Shown: piece by piece, positions 1 to 11,867 of the stretch
How positions within the stretch are numbered: position 1 is the stretch's first letter
How the letters are laid out: the number at the start of each line of letters is the position of its first letter
From: Octopus sinensis
Taxonomy: Eukaryota
Direction of reading: 5' to 3'
Assembly: GCF_006345805.1 (NCBI RefSeq)
Contig: NC_043012.1
Coordinates: 36,580,001 to 36,613,000, forward strand
DNA length: 33,000 nt
Program-made: the position numbers and the translations under genes
The notes under the pieces: generated by a model
Database searches by the model: none
Seen by the model: only the letters and a program-made list of their open reading frames with translations
Told to the model about the DNA's origin: nothing

Positions 1-289
1 AGAGAATTAATCTTAATTTCAAGGAGAGATATTAGAAATAAAGCCAGAAGAGAATATTCCGAAACCATTAGGAAGATTAAAATCAATGGTTTGTTGGGAG
101 ATCGTTGAAATATCATCAAGAAGAGATGAAAGCGAGAGGAAAAGGTTTGTTATTTGTGGAAAATAATCAACGATGTCGGCCATGATGTGTGAGAGAAAAA
201 GTAAGAAGCGAGAAACTATTAAGGACAAAACGACGAAGGAAAAACATTCTGAATATACACACATATATATAGAGAAAAGATAGACCTAC

Positions 290-1111
290 CTCCGGTTCAG
301 GTTTCGCTGGCGACCGCTTGGTTTTCGGAGCTGAAAAAGACGAAAGAAGACCATCTACGTTAATGTAGGTGGAGTGTGAGGACATTTGTGTAGGAACCAG
401 TGAAGAAACACCGAGTCCCACTCACAGCACTTTCCAACAATGTTTGAAGGGCTCGTGGTTGATTGGGGGTCATCGGTGAGGGAGAGACGAATCGACGGTC
501 TTCCTGCCCCGAAAACGTAGGCAGAACGGTGACTGTATTATTAAATGGAGTTCGTCATAAACAGTGAAAGAAACTGACGGACAAACGTGTCTACCTTTGA
601 AGAGAGCTTCTGTCATCGGTGAAGATGGACAGTCGGTAAGGAAGAGAGAAAGACTAGGGTCTGTGGAGCCATTGATGGTCCAAGTAGAATGGAGGTCGTG
701 ACACGGCGAATTTGCATATTGTCCGGAAGCTTCAGAAATAATAAAGATGTCAGGTTGTTGGGTTATGAAAGAGAGAGAGAAACCTGGCGAGTCTTTTCAG
801 TGGAAACGGCCAGAGAAATATTAGAAGGTAGGACTTCTGAAGGGTGGAGGAAGTGAGGCTCACATTGATGGAAAGTGAATGTGGTCGAGAAAAATAAGAT
901 GGAGAAGAAGAACTTCAAGACAATAAAATAGATATTATTTGGTTGGTGGTGATGGTCGTATACGGATTGCGGGGAAGGAGAAAGAGAAAGGCTCAGTAAA
1001 TTAGTAGATGGCAAAGATAACACCTCATGGAGGAACACAGGCGTATCTCTATGAAAAGAAATCTGATGGACGTAATCCGGGGTTTCAATATTTATTAAAG
1101 ATGTTGGATTG
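290..1111 (-). CDS. Cluster of candidate coding exons of an unidentified gene (1024-1111, 595-729, 426-532, 290-330)
   Basis: Each segment has a pyrimidine-rich AG acceptor and a GT donor (e.g. TTTTCAG/290-330/GTAGGT; TACAG/426-532/GTGAGT). 595-729, 426-532 and 290-330 join in compatible phases into an open frame (SGQYANSPCHDLHSTWTINGSTDPSLSLFLTDCP...TLLESA-LRKPSGRQ). 1024-1111 (NPTSLINIETPDYVHQISFHRDTPVFLHE) does not join them in phase. No family recognised. Confidence 0.3.
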
Positions 1112-1206
1112 CTGCAAATAAAATCATAAAAGATGGATAGATATAATTCTTGCCAATCTGAATATTAACAACATCCAGGCGGAGAGGCTGGTGCTGTCGA
1201 ACCGCC

Positions 1207-1411
1207 TATATATATATAGTGTGTGTGTGTGTATATATATATAATGTGTGTGTATATATATATATATATAGTGTGTGTGTATATATATATATGTGTGTGT
1301 GTATATATATATAATATGTGTGTGTGTATATATATATAATATGTGTGTGTGTATATATATATATATAATATGTGTGTGTGTATGTATATATATATATATA
1401 GAGAGAGAGAG

Positions 1412-1447
<36 letters not shown>

Positions 1448-1726
1448 GTGTGTGTGTGTAGATGTTTTGGTGAATATTTAGCCGTAAAGGTGCCTTTTGT
1501 GGATATGTGTGATATAATGGATATCTATAAACACGAGATGTTTATATATTGTGTGTGTGTATGTATAACACACATATATATATACTGCACACTCGTGTGA
1601 CACAATAATCACATATATGTATTTATGTGTATGATTATAACACGAGTGTGTGTGTGTGCGCAGTGGAAAATATGTGTGTGTAGTGAACGATGTATGTGTG
1701 TATGTATATGCAGTATACTATCTGCC

Positions 1727-1766
<40 letters not shown>

Positions 1767-2230
1767 CAAATGTGAGGGCGAGTGAGAGTGTGTGAATATA
1801 TGTATGGTGTATACGTATATATAGTGTATAGAATGTATATACACACACACATATATATACATGTAAGGTTTTTCGGGCTATATATATTCATACATATACA
1901 TTTATCCAGAAAGAGAGTGTGTGAGTGAGTGTATATATGTGTGTGTATATACATGATCGGCCATATTAGATGGAGTAGCTGGTGGTTTATTGATTTGGAA
2001 AAATTGAGTGGAAGTGAGAATCTAAGAGGACAGATGATAGAAAAGACATTGTTTTACCATCAATGTCAACTAAATGTGGAGATTTGTGGAAAAATAAACG
2101 ACAGAACAGGGAGATTCGCCATTATTAGTGAAGAGGGTGAATGTAGGGGGGGAGAGAGAGAGAGTAGTTGCTGCCACGAGTGGTCTTATGTGTGTGTGTG
2201 TATATATATATGTATGTATATATATATCTA
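1207..2230. repeat. Compound (TA)n/(TG)n microsatellite field
   Basis: Alternating TATATA and GTGTGT tracts seen directly; they generate the CVYI-type ORFs in the track. Confidence 0.95.
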
Positions 2231-2279
2231 AGTGTGTTTATAGATGTTATATAAAATGTGTGGTCTCTAAAAATAATCA

Positions 2280-3570
2280 GTGTGGAGTCGTTATATAAAA
2301 TGTGTGTGTATATGTCTATACAATCTGTGTGTATAGTCGTTATGTGTGTGTCTATACAATCTGTGTGTATAGTCGTTATGTGTCGATACAATCTGTGTGT
2401 ATAGTCGTTATATAAAATGTGTGTATATAGTAATACATGAATTGCAAGTCTACAGTATATCTATCTATCTATAGACACACACGCGATGTGTGTGTAGAGT
2501 CAGTCGTATTATATACACTGTTAGAGTATTAAAATCGTCACATAAAATCTGATGTCTACAGTCACTATACACACAGCCTCTGTATATATGGTTATATAAA
2601 ATCTGTGTATATAATCGTAGTTCACACAATAACGATTATGAAGGATCGTCATATAGGATGTGTGTATGTATTATATACAATCAATCTAAATAGAAATGTG
2701 TGTATGTGTGTAAAAGTCATTATTCACAATGTATGTATGTATATATGTATGTTTGTGTGTGTATACAGTCGTTGGCCGACATCTCAATGTGTATAGTCCT
2801 TATTCACAATTTCCGTGTGTGTCTATATCGTTGTTCACTGCGCGCGTGTCTATATATATATAAATATATATATAGTCGTTTATTCACGATATGTGTGTAT
2901 ATAGCCGATCATTCACTATGTGTATAATTTTCATATACAATATGTATGAACAGCCCATACATACAATGGGTGTATATATAGTCACCATGTATACAATGTG
3001 TGTGTGTGTAATCGTTACATGTACTTTTTGAGTGTATAGTCGTTATATACAATCTGCGTGTGTTTAGACATGGTATACAATGTGTGTAGACGTTATATAT
3101 ATACAATCTGCGTGTGTTTACAGTCGTTATAGGCAATCTGTATATCTACTGTCGCTATACAGAGTCTGTGATGTGTGTATAGTCGTTATACACAATCTGT
3201 GATGTATGTATAGTCGTTATGTACAATCTGTGTACTTACAGTCGTTATATATCGTCAGTGATGAGTGTATAGTTGTTATACATTGTGTGTGGTCGTTATA
3301 CACAATCTGTGATGTATGTATAGTCGTTATGTACAATCTGTGTACTTACAGTCGCTATACATCGTCAGTGATGTGTGTACAGTCGTTATACATTATATAT
3401 GGTCGTTATACACAATCTGTGATGTATGTATAGTCGTTATGTACAATCTGTGTGTCTATAGCCGCTATATACAGCTCGTGGTGTGTGTCCAGTCGTTATA
3501 CACAATCTGTGATGCGTGTACAGTCGTTATACACGGTCTGTGATGTATGTATAGTGGTTATATAAAATTT
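2280..3570. repeat. Minisatellite of ~20-31 bp units anchored on AGTCGTTATA, with a 110-bp higher-order repeat at ~3181-3480
   Basis: CACAATCTGTGATGTATGTA recurs at 3191, 3301 and 3411 (period 110). GTCGTTAT anchors are spaced 31+28+31+20 bp. Confidence 0.9.
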
Positions 3571-3636
3571 TCGGTGTGTATGTGAGAGAAAGATGGTCTG
3601 GGAGCGGCAGATCGATGGTTAAAACATGGTAAATAC

Positions 3637-3783
3637 CTTTAAAAGCGTTTCGAGGCATTGCTGAGAATGAATAGTCGACGGATTGTGAATTTTTCCTTTG
3701 TAGTAGCATGAGTTCTTCAAGTGCGGAGCAAATGAATAGTTAAAGTCTGTTGCAGTGTCGTAGCGACAAGTGATGGTGGCTGT
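3637..3783 (-). CDS. Candidate internal exon (49 codons, phase 0-0): TATITCRYDTATDFNYSFAPHLKNSCYYKGKIHNPSTIHSQQCLETLLK
   Basis: (CA)nCAG acceptor and AAG/GTATTT donor. Only one frame is open over 147 nt of unique sequence lying between two repeat fields. Confidence 0.4.
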
Positions 3784-3950
3784 CTGTGTGTGTGTGTGTG
3801 TGTGTGTAGATGTGTAGCAGTGGAGCAGTGTGTAGCAGTAAGTGTGTAGTAGCAGTGGGTCGCCGTCGCCGTCGTCGTCGTGGTGGTCGTCGATGTCGAT
3901 GTGTGGAAGCGAGGAAAGACTGGAGAAGGGGAGGAGAATGAGAAAGAACC

Positions 3951-4620
3951 GGAGGAGACGGAGGCTGAGGGGCGGAAAGAGGCGAGAGAGAGAGAGAGAG
4001 AGAGAGAGGAAGACAGGGATAGGATGATGACCGAGTGTGTGAGAAATGGCTAAGGAAGTGAGTGAATGAAAGAGAGAGAGAGAAAGAAAAAAGAATAGGA
4101 GGAGACGGAGGCTGAGGGGCAGAAAGAGGCGAGAGAGAGAGAGAGGAAGACAGGGATAGGATGATGAGCGAGTGTGTGAGAAATGGCTAAGGAAGTGAGT
4201 GAATGAAAGAGAAAGAGAGAGAGAAAGAAAAAAGAATAGGAGGAGAGTGAGAAAGAATAAGGTAGTGATTGAGAGCGCGAATAGAGAAAGAGAGTAGGAG
4301 GAGAGAAATAAAGGGGAAGTAGAAAATGAAAGAAACAGGAAAAGATAACTGGGAAAAAAAAAAGAGAGCGTAAAAGGAGGAATAGAGTAAAAGTATGAGA
4401 GAGGGAGAGAGAAAAATAGGAAAGAGTGTGAAATGAAGAGGAAATAAGTGGAAAGTGAAAGAGAGAGAACGAGACGAGTGTGAGAGAGGGAAAATTATAT
4501 GAAAGAGAGAGAGAGTAATAAAGAGGAGGAAGTAGAGAGTGGGACAGGAGGAGATAACTGGAAAGGAAAGATAAAGAAGGAAGGAGTAGCAGGAAGAGAA
4601 AAGAGAGAGTGAGAGTAGGA
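3951..4620. repeat. GA-rich low-complexity tract with a ~145-bp tandem duplication (3951-4097 / 4098-4238)
   Basis: GGAGGAGACGGAGGCTGAGGGGC...AAGAATA occurs twice, differing mainly in (GA)n length. Confidence 0.9.
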
Positions 4621-4822
4621 GTGAAGTGTGTCGTCGAGGGGGGAGTTGTAGTAGTCGTAGTGGTGGTAGGAGCGGCAACGACTGTCTTTGACAGAATGGA
4701 ATGGTGAGCAGTCGTGAGGCTGCTTTATTTATTGTTGTATTCGAAATCGAGGAGAGACTTGGTGTCTTTTCTACAGTAAGTGGATCTTGGTTAATTCGTC
4801 AATGTTCTAAACAACATATTAC

Positions 4823-4914
4823 CGTAGACCCACGTTAATCGTAGATAACCACAGCCTCTTGTTTTTCCCCAAGTCTTTCTTTAGACCTTTCCCAATAAAA
4901 CAGTTTTCCAATTC
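4823..4914 (-). CDS. Candidate exon: ELENCFIGKGLKKDLGKNKRLWLSTINVGL
   Basis: Strong poly-T + ACTTAG acceptor. Donor CG/GTAATA at 4822, or an alternative AAC/GTGGGT donor that would join in phase to 3637-3783. One open frame. Confidence 0.4.
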
Positions 4915-7900
4915 CTAAGTAAAAAAAAAAAACCCAAAAAACAGGAAAAACCGACCCAAAAAAATACTTAAACGACCTTATTTACACGATCGGATCCTTC
5001 TCAAGTGGTGTATAAAATGAACATCAACCAACTCAAAAAACAACATAAAATCTATTTTATTAATTTGGCATTTATTCATTTAAATTTAACCCTGATACGA
5101 ACCTAATTAGGGATCCTTCGGGGACACTCATCGTTTCTTTCCACTTTCATTGACCTCTAGTTTTTATTCCCTCACAGAAATTAGATATTTGGGTCTCTCT
5201 AACTTGACATAGATTCTATGTATATCCGTGAAGGAGAGAGAAAACGCGGCAGGAAATTACCATTGATTATGAATTTTTTTCAGAATAATTTCTTTTAAAA
5301 TTGATGAATTTCCCAATTGTTATCTTTGTGTTTTGTGAAGTGTCCATAATTTGTTTGGAGATCGAATCTAAAATTAACTTAAGAGACGATCGTAGTAGTG
5401 TTCTTGTTGCTACTACTAATACTGCACCTGACCTAAATGTCTGTGGTTCCATCCAAAGAGAAGAGATTCTCACTGGCTGAACTAAGGTATCAGACCTACT
5501 TGGAGTCGGCGGAGGGGGCAGCAGCTCTTAGAGTTGCTGGATTTAAAACAAAAATCGGTTCGGATTCGGTTTCATTCTGTGAGTCTCACCTGCTGTATTC
5601 TTCATGTGAGGTTAACAAACACCAGAGCCAGAACAAGTTACCTACATTAATGTCAAGGCCACGGTGTACTTTGATGGCAGCTTTTAATTACAACGCTAAC
5701 CCAAACCGTTTCACATCCATTTGCTATTGAACACCTGGGCTGTTTCGCTCATATAATCAAATCACCATATTTCAATCGACCTTTTTTAAAGTGCTTCCCA
5801 AGATTTCCGGTTGTTCTAAAGAGAAACCCCGATTTATTTTTTTTTAATCACCTTATGTTTGTTTTCTTCAGTTTCATTTAAATCAATTTTTGTTTTGTTT
5901 TCTTTAAAGAGAAAAAAAAAACCCTAACAAATATACAAAGATTTCCGCCCCTTCTCCGTCGTGTTCCATAAAATATTAACATTTATTTCACTCTGGCAAA
6001 TAACCTGCTTCACTCACACTCGAGTCTTTCCTCAGCTCTACCTTCTTCTGTCTCCTCCTCCTCCTCCTCCTCCACTTCGTACATGGCAACACTGTTCAAT
6101 AATATATTTTCTGTCGTTCTTCCCAACACAATCGAAGAATTTCTCCGTTTCAAACACATTCGCAAATGTCTGAATTAGTATGAAAGGTGTTCTGTGAGAC
6201 CCCTGTCTGCTTTCTTCTCTCCACCACTTGCCGTCTGCCTCGACAGACATAATCAGTCTTCCCCGATCTTGCTTTATTGCTATCACGTGTATCACCACCA
6301 GACACTCGACATAGAAAGAGGCCGATCTCTCAGATTCCGTTGGTTGAGCGATTTACACGAAGAGGTAAGCTCTGTCGCCACTCGGTTTCGATTCTCGGTT
6401 GATGTAAGTTGCTAATCCATTCTGAGGATATGCCGTTTCCTCTGTTCTATATAGGGCCCTCAACGTTTTCCCTTCTCCTTCCCTATAAATACTGAACCCT
6501 AAACGTTTTCTTTGTACCACACCCCCACCCCCATAAATTCTGGTCCTTAAACGTTTTCTCTTTGTCCCCAAACGCCGACGATCATTCGATTTAGGGACTA
6601 TTATTGTGGTTTCGGTTTCAAATCCTCACTTGTGTCCCCAAACCGAGAGATCTAACGGTGCCTTGCTAGCCACAAAACAAACCAACATATCTAATAATGT
6701 TATGGACTTTACTAACCATATCTCGACTATCGTCTCCCATAGATAAAACTGTCACCAAATCCCACGAGTGTTAACCCGATGCCATGTGCCAAGTATTTCA
6801 TCGGTCGGTGGTCATCTTAAAACCAGTTATACTTGTGTAGTATTTCTTTAAATTAACGAAACATCGGCCTTTATCGATTGTTAAAAGACTGAGAAATGTC
6901 CTAAAAATACACCAAGGTCTGCTTGGACACTCCCACATAGCTACGAGTCAGTAACACCGTATTTGACTGTTGAATGTTTTAATTCGTCATCGACAGGATG
7001 TTTGGTTCGTATCGAACAGACAAATAAAGAATAATGATTAAGTCTCCGTGACCAGCTGCCCACACCCACCTGTCTAATCATTTTACCTTAGGAAAAGGCA
7101 TCAGCACCACACATTCACATATCCCGTTCTCTCTTGGTGGTGGTGAGAAACAAAGAATAAAACAAACAAATGCTTTGATCGCGGTCTTCTTCGCCTCGAC
7201 TGGCAGTGTTTAAGGTATGGTGGTCACTATGAGTTGTATGTGGAGCGTCACTTTGGTAAATATCGAACCTACGACCTTTTCGCACAGGGTGTCCACCACG
7301 TTCAATGTCCAGAGTACAGAAACTATAGGAAATTTACAAATAAGGCAAGGCATTTCACATTTAAATTACACATCAATTAAATTGACAGAATGTGTGTGTG
7401 TGTGTGTGTGAAGGTGTCTTGTCCTTATCCCAGGTCGGATCTCATCGATCGAGCAGATATTTGTTCAAAAGCATTCCACCCGTGATTATCTCGTCTTCTT
7501 TTAGTAACACTATACAACGAACTACATTAATCAAAATATCATTTTTCTTTTTACGCCGTAGAAGTATATTTTGGAGGTGGCTGCTATTTCTAGCGGATCT
7601 AGCGATCACATAGAGTCAATGTGTGGTCACATAGCCAAAATGTGTAAACATCATGTAATATAACATATTTCATGTAGGAGGTATATAACATTATGTATTA
7701 CTAATACGTAGCCAGTAAATGGTTGTATATAACAGTATGATATTATATGTATCCATGTAGATGTGTATATAATTGTCTTGTTCTAATATATATATATATA
7801 TATATATAGTAGTATAAGCGATTACATAGTGTGATGTAACACCAGGTAAATATATATAGCATGATGTAATATAAACTACTACCCGGGGATATATTTCAGT

Positions 7901-7940
7901 AGATTACTTACTATATTAGATGTGTGTATATATATCTTCT

Positions 7941-8363
7941 ATCTTTTACTTTTTCAGTCAGTAGACTGCGACCACGCTGGGGCACCGCCTTATAGGATTT
8001 TTTAAGTTGAAAGGATCGACTACAGTACTTATGTTTTTGTTGTTTTTTTTTAAACCTAGTACTTATTCTAACAATCTCTTTAGCTGAACCGCTAAGTTAC
8101 GGGGGAGGTAAATACGCCAACACTGGTTGTCAAGTGGTGGCGGTAGGACAAACAGGCTCACACACACACAAATATATCATATATATATATATATATATAC
8201 ACGACATGCTTCTTTCAGTTTCCATCTACCAAATCCACTAACAAGGCTTTGGTCGGCCCGAGGCTGTAGTAGAAGACACCTGTCCAAGGTGCCACGCAGT
8301 GGAACTGAACCCGGAACCCTGCAGTTGTGAAGCAAGCTTCTTACCACTGCCACGCCCGCGCCT
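7941..8363 (-). mobile_element. Full-length octopus tRNA-derived SINE, family 1 (OK/OR-like; head GGCGTGGCTGTGTGGTAAG)
   Basis: tRNA-like head with A/B-box-like motifs at the right end, internal (TA/CA)n, and a TGACTGAAA-type tail. Highly similar to copies at 19291 and 20995. The family name comes from recall and is not verified. Confidence 0.9.
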
Positions 8364-8589
8364 ATGTATGTATCTATGTATTAGCAATGTGTTTATATAT
8401 ATAATATTATAAGTGTGTGTCAACGTCCAACACCGTTGGACTATTATAGTCTTAGTTGTGTTGCTAACAAAATTAATATTTCTGTTCAACAAAATTTATT
8501 TACTTTTCAAGCCCTCAATGGCACTGAAATAAATACCAGCAATATACGTGTGTTAATTCAAATTACTTTTACTTCTACCGTCACAAACT

Positions 8590-8800
8590 AACCTATGACG
8601 TCACTCATCCTGCTAAAAATAGCAGCCAACCTGTTATAATCACACCTTACTGTCTTTAAGAAAAAAAAAAAGAAGACATTTAGATAATGTAATGCTAAAT
8701 ATACTGTGTTTGGATATTAAAACCAAAACGAAATATAGGTGGCCACAGCTGCAGTACCTTTCCTCGCAGAGTTGTTGACCTAACAATAAACAACTGACCT
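8590..8800 (+). mobile_element. Interspersed repeat, family 5 (CTAGAAATAGCAGCC...GATAATGTAGTCCTAGAT...(AAC)n-type end)
   Basis: The same motifs recur near 13885-14135, 15430-15590(-), 22065-22215(-), 22545-22745, 23505-23720(-) and 23880-24090(-). The class (SINE or LINE 3' end) is not determined. Confidence 0.6.
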
Positions 8801-8916
8801 TGTGTCTGAAGATGTAATATCAGATGTAGTCAGAAGTTTACTACAACTGACATATTTATGTCTAATCAATGGATTTCTGGAGCATTCTGACTAACAGACA
8901 TGTAATATAAACTGAC

Positions 8917-8970
8917 CTGGAAGGTTGTAAGTCTGGTGGCTTTGTGAGTTTTTCTGTGGAACAGTGTAAC
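8917..8970 (-). CDS. Candidate 54-nt exon (GYTVPQKNSQSHQTYNLP if phase 1-1; all three frames open)
   Basis: TTACAG acceptor and CCAG/GTCAGT donor; length is a multiple of 3; the frame is ambiguous. Confidence 0.35.
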
Positions 8971-9137
8971 CTGTAATGAGCTGTCCTTAAATAATAACTG
9001 CACTAAAGAAAACATTGGTAAACAGTTAAACTTAGAATCAGGAAACAAAGCTGGCCATTTTAAATAAAGGGGCAAAATGGGAATATACAAAGGAATTTGC
9101 ACTAATGAGGAAAATATCTGAGGTTCAAAGCAACATT

Positions 9138-9371
9138 TTAACCCTTTTTTTTTTTTTTACCATATTTCTCTTGAAATACACTGTTGTGGTTTCAATTAAT
9201 TTAGGAGAAGAATTTAGTAAAAAAAAAACTTTGTCATTACTAAGTCAGTGTTTAGAACATAAATGAACAAGGAAGTTTGGTGGAAGATTTTAATTTAACC
9301 CACTTTAAAACAGAATGTTTGTATCAGGGAAGCACGAGTGGTCTCAGGTGGGTTGGTATGAAAATGGTTAA
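9138..9371. mobile_element. TTAA-flanked MITE (piggyBac-like ends)
   Basis: Begins TTAACCCTTTT and ends AAAATGGTTAA. The internal ACCAACCCACCTGAGACCAC motif is shared with copies at ~10439 and 17319-17545. Confidence 0.7.
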
Positions 9372-9426
9372 AGGAAGTGGAGGTAGAAGGAAGAATGGAT
9401 TGCGTTGGATGACCTCAGCATATTAC

Positions 9427-9459
9427 CGGTACTATCAGTTATCCATAAACTCATGAAAT
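9427..9459 (-). CDS. Candidate 33-nt exon (DFMSLWITDST, phase 1-1)
   Basis: GGTTTTAG acceptor and CCG/GTAATA donor; phase-compatible with 12752-12796 and 8917-8970. Confidence 0.3.
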
Positions 9460-9770
9460 CTAAAACCAACTGCAACATAACTTTTATTCTAAAGCAGACA
9501 AGCAATTATAAACCATCTGGTTACAGCTTTCTAATCATTTCTGCTGCCTTCACTGCCCCCTCCTCTTATACACACGTGTCCTTAGCTGAGCCCAAGCTAA
9601 TGTAACTTTTATTTTTCTCAAAAGTTATTGACAATTTTTCTTCTGGGTTGGTTTCCTAGTATTGACACAAAGTGACATATGGTTGAGTTTCAAACTAAAC
9701 TGGCTTTAGCCTTACACAACAGACAGCTCGGCATTTTCTCCACTGTAGCAGAATGGCATTCACATTGATT

Positions 9771-10070
9771 TAATAATAATATTAATAATAATAATTGTGT
9801 ACAGTGCTCAGGTGCACTACAACTCATCTAAAGTGTATATATAATCAGGTGTAGTTTCAGCGGATTTTGGAAAGCATGAGGGCCTTAAAGGATGCAGTGT
9901 CATGGTAGTCAACAACTAACGCAGGCAGTTTATTCCATGCTTCAGCAACTCTGAGCGTGAAAAAATGTTTCCGAAAGTCATGGGAGCTGTGTTGTTTTCT
10001 GACTTTGTAGGCATGTCCACGTGTGTTAGACACATGGAGATCAAAAAGGTGAGCATCCTTTGCCATCTAC
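9771..10070 (-). mobile_element. 5'-truncated CR1/L2-clade LINE: ORF2 C-terminus and 3' end with (ATT)n tail
   Basis: Translation TRGHAYKVRKQHSSHDFRKHFFTLRVAEAWNKLP..VV....ASFK matches the conserved CR1-type ORF2 C-terminal signature (TRGH..K / R..FF..RV...WN.LP). A short 3' UTR and a TAA-repeat tail follow. Confidence 0.9.
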
Positions 10071-10769
10071 CTATTATTATCTTAACTTAATCCTCAATCC
10101 TATATACACTGTGTAGTTAGTATACCATTTAAATGATGAAGCTTAGTCAAGGCTCCAAAACAGGACACGCAAAACAAATCTTAGCACCATTTTCTTAAGT
10201 ATTTAGTATTTAGTTCCATTGTTCACTGAGGACAGTGACCCTCAAGCAATGCACCATGCCACAATAGTTGTGACATAGAATTAAAAAGAAAAAAAAACAA
10301 ACAGAATTGACAGTTTTAGAAAATTCAAGTTAATGCTTCAGTGACTTGAGAAAAATGTGTTATTTGTAAATTTGTTATACACTAGTATGACCAGTATAAT
10401 AAGGTAAGCAATAAGTTTTCTACATTACTTTCTAATTTTTAACCTTTTTGCTACCAACCCACCTGAGACCACCCCTACTGGTTCTATGATACAAAGTGAT
10501 CTAAATTAAAATCTTGCATCAAAATTTCATGTTTTACTTCCAAACACCAGCTTAATAACAACAAAGTTATTTTATTAAATGTTTCGTTAGCTTTAAAAGA
10601 AATTAACCGAAACAAAAGCCGTGTGTTTCACCAGAGATTATCATCGTTTTCTGATGTTCACTTTTTTGTATACTTGCATGGGTCAGGTAGAATTTGTTGA
10701 GGCAGATTTCCAATGACCAGCTGCCCTTCCTGTTGCCAACCCGCATGTGGTGCCAAGCAAGGTAACATT

Positions 10770-11005
10770 TCCCCTTTACAAGATTGTTTGTATGATGGCC
10801 AAACTTATTTACGACCATCACACGATATCTAAACAAAAGTACCACACAAACCCACACATGATGGGCTTCTTTCAGTTTCCATCTATCAAATTCACTTACA
10901 AGGCTTTGGTTGGCCCAGAGCTATAGTAGAAGACTTGCCCAAGGTGCTGTACCATGGGCCTGAACCCTAGACTACATGGTTGGGAAGGAAACTTTGAGAA
11001 CCACT
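10770..11005 (-). mobile_element. Decayed family 1 SINE
   Basis: GGGCTTCTTTCAGTTTCC...CAAGGCTTTGG...CCCAAGG core with CpG->TpG/CpA changes. Confidence 0.8.
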
Positions 11006-11119
11006 GACAGAATGTGTCGGACACAATATAGTAAAAAATATTTTTGCACACAATAATAAATAAATACAAGATCTTTCTCTAAGAATATAACTTCACAAGG
11101 AATCAGTTATTACAATATT

Positions 11120-11556
11120 CTTTTCTACTCAGGCACAAAGCCCAAAATTTTTTGGGGAGTGGGCCCAGTCAATTAGATCATCCCCCAGTATGCAACTAGT
11201 ACTTAATTTATCGACCCTAAAAAGATGAAAGGCAAAGTTGACCTCAGCAGAATTTGAACTCAGAATGTGAAGACAGATGAAATATCACTAAGCATTTTTC
11301 CTGGTGTGCTAATGTTTCTGCCAGCTCGCCACCTTAAAATATTCTTTTCTACTCTAGGCACAAAGCCTGAAATTTTTGGGGAGGCGGCCAGTCGATTAGA
11401 TAAATCCCAGTACACAACTGGTACTTAATTTATCGACCCCAAAAAGATGAAAGGCAAAGTCGATCTCCACGGAATTTGAACTTAGAATGTAAAGACAGGC
11501 GAAATACTGCTAAGCATTTTGCCCCGTGTGCTAACGCTTCTGCCAGCTTGCTACCT
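11120..11556 (-). mobile_element. Head-to-tail dimer of family 2 SINE (head GGCGAGCTGGCAGAAACGTTAGCAC)
   Basis: Two ~220-bp copies (about 11120-11336 and 11337-11556), flanked by TCAGTTATTAC[A/G]ATATT at 11103-11119 and 11557-11573. Confidence 0.85.
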
Positions 11557-11574
11557 TCAGTTATTACGATATTA

Positions 11575-11860
11575 AGGGTTAAGGCCAACTTATGATTGTA
11601 GGGTCCAGAGTTTGATTCCTGGTGGTGTTTGGTGTGCTTTTGAGCAAAATACTTTATTTAATGTTGCTCCAGTCTACTTGGCTGGCAAAAATGAGTAGTA
11701 TTTATATCTCAAAGGGGCAGCCTTGTCACATTTTGTGTCACACTGTATGTCCCTAAGTACACGTGTCTGTGGAGTACTCAGCCACTTGCACATTAATTTC
11801 ACGAGCAAGCTGTTCCAATTGATTACATCAACTGGAACACTTGCCATAACCCACAGAGTG
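11575..11860 (+). mobile_element. SINE-like interspersed repeat (family 4)
   Basis: tRNA-like GAGTTTGATTCC B-box region followed by GTCTGTGGAGTACTCAGCCACTTGCAC...GATTACATCAACTGGAAC, a repeat I recognise from octopus. It is single-copy in this window. Confidence 0.55.
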
Positions 11861-11867
11861 TCGCTTA

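Noticed and set aside
1343-3543. Many 60-100 aa ORFs rich in C/V/Y/I/M/H/T (also 14791-15055, 24269-24724 and others)
   Set aside because: Translations of (TA)n/(TG)n and minisatellite DNA, not genes.
3181-3560. Regularly spaced ~30-bp repeats resembling a CRISPR array
   Set aside because: No unique spacers, units are contiguous, no cas genes, eukaryotic context.
6302-7315. Peptide TLDIERG encoded on both the plus strand (~6302) and the minus strand (~7310) with synonymous differences
   Set aside because: Similarity does not extend on either side. A 7-residue match is expected by chance among all six-frame position pairs of a 33-kb window.
8280-8363. tRNA-like A/B-box segments (also ~20995, 15025, 28129)
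   Set aside because: They are SINE heads continuous with SINE bodies; no complete cloverleaf gene.
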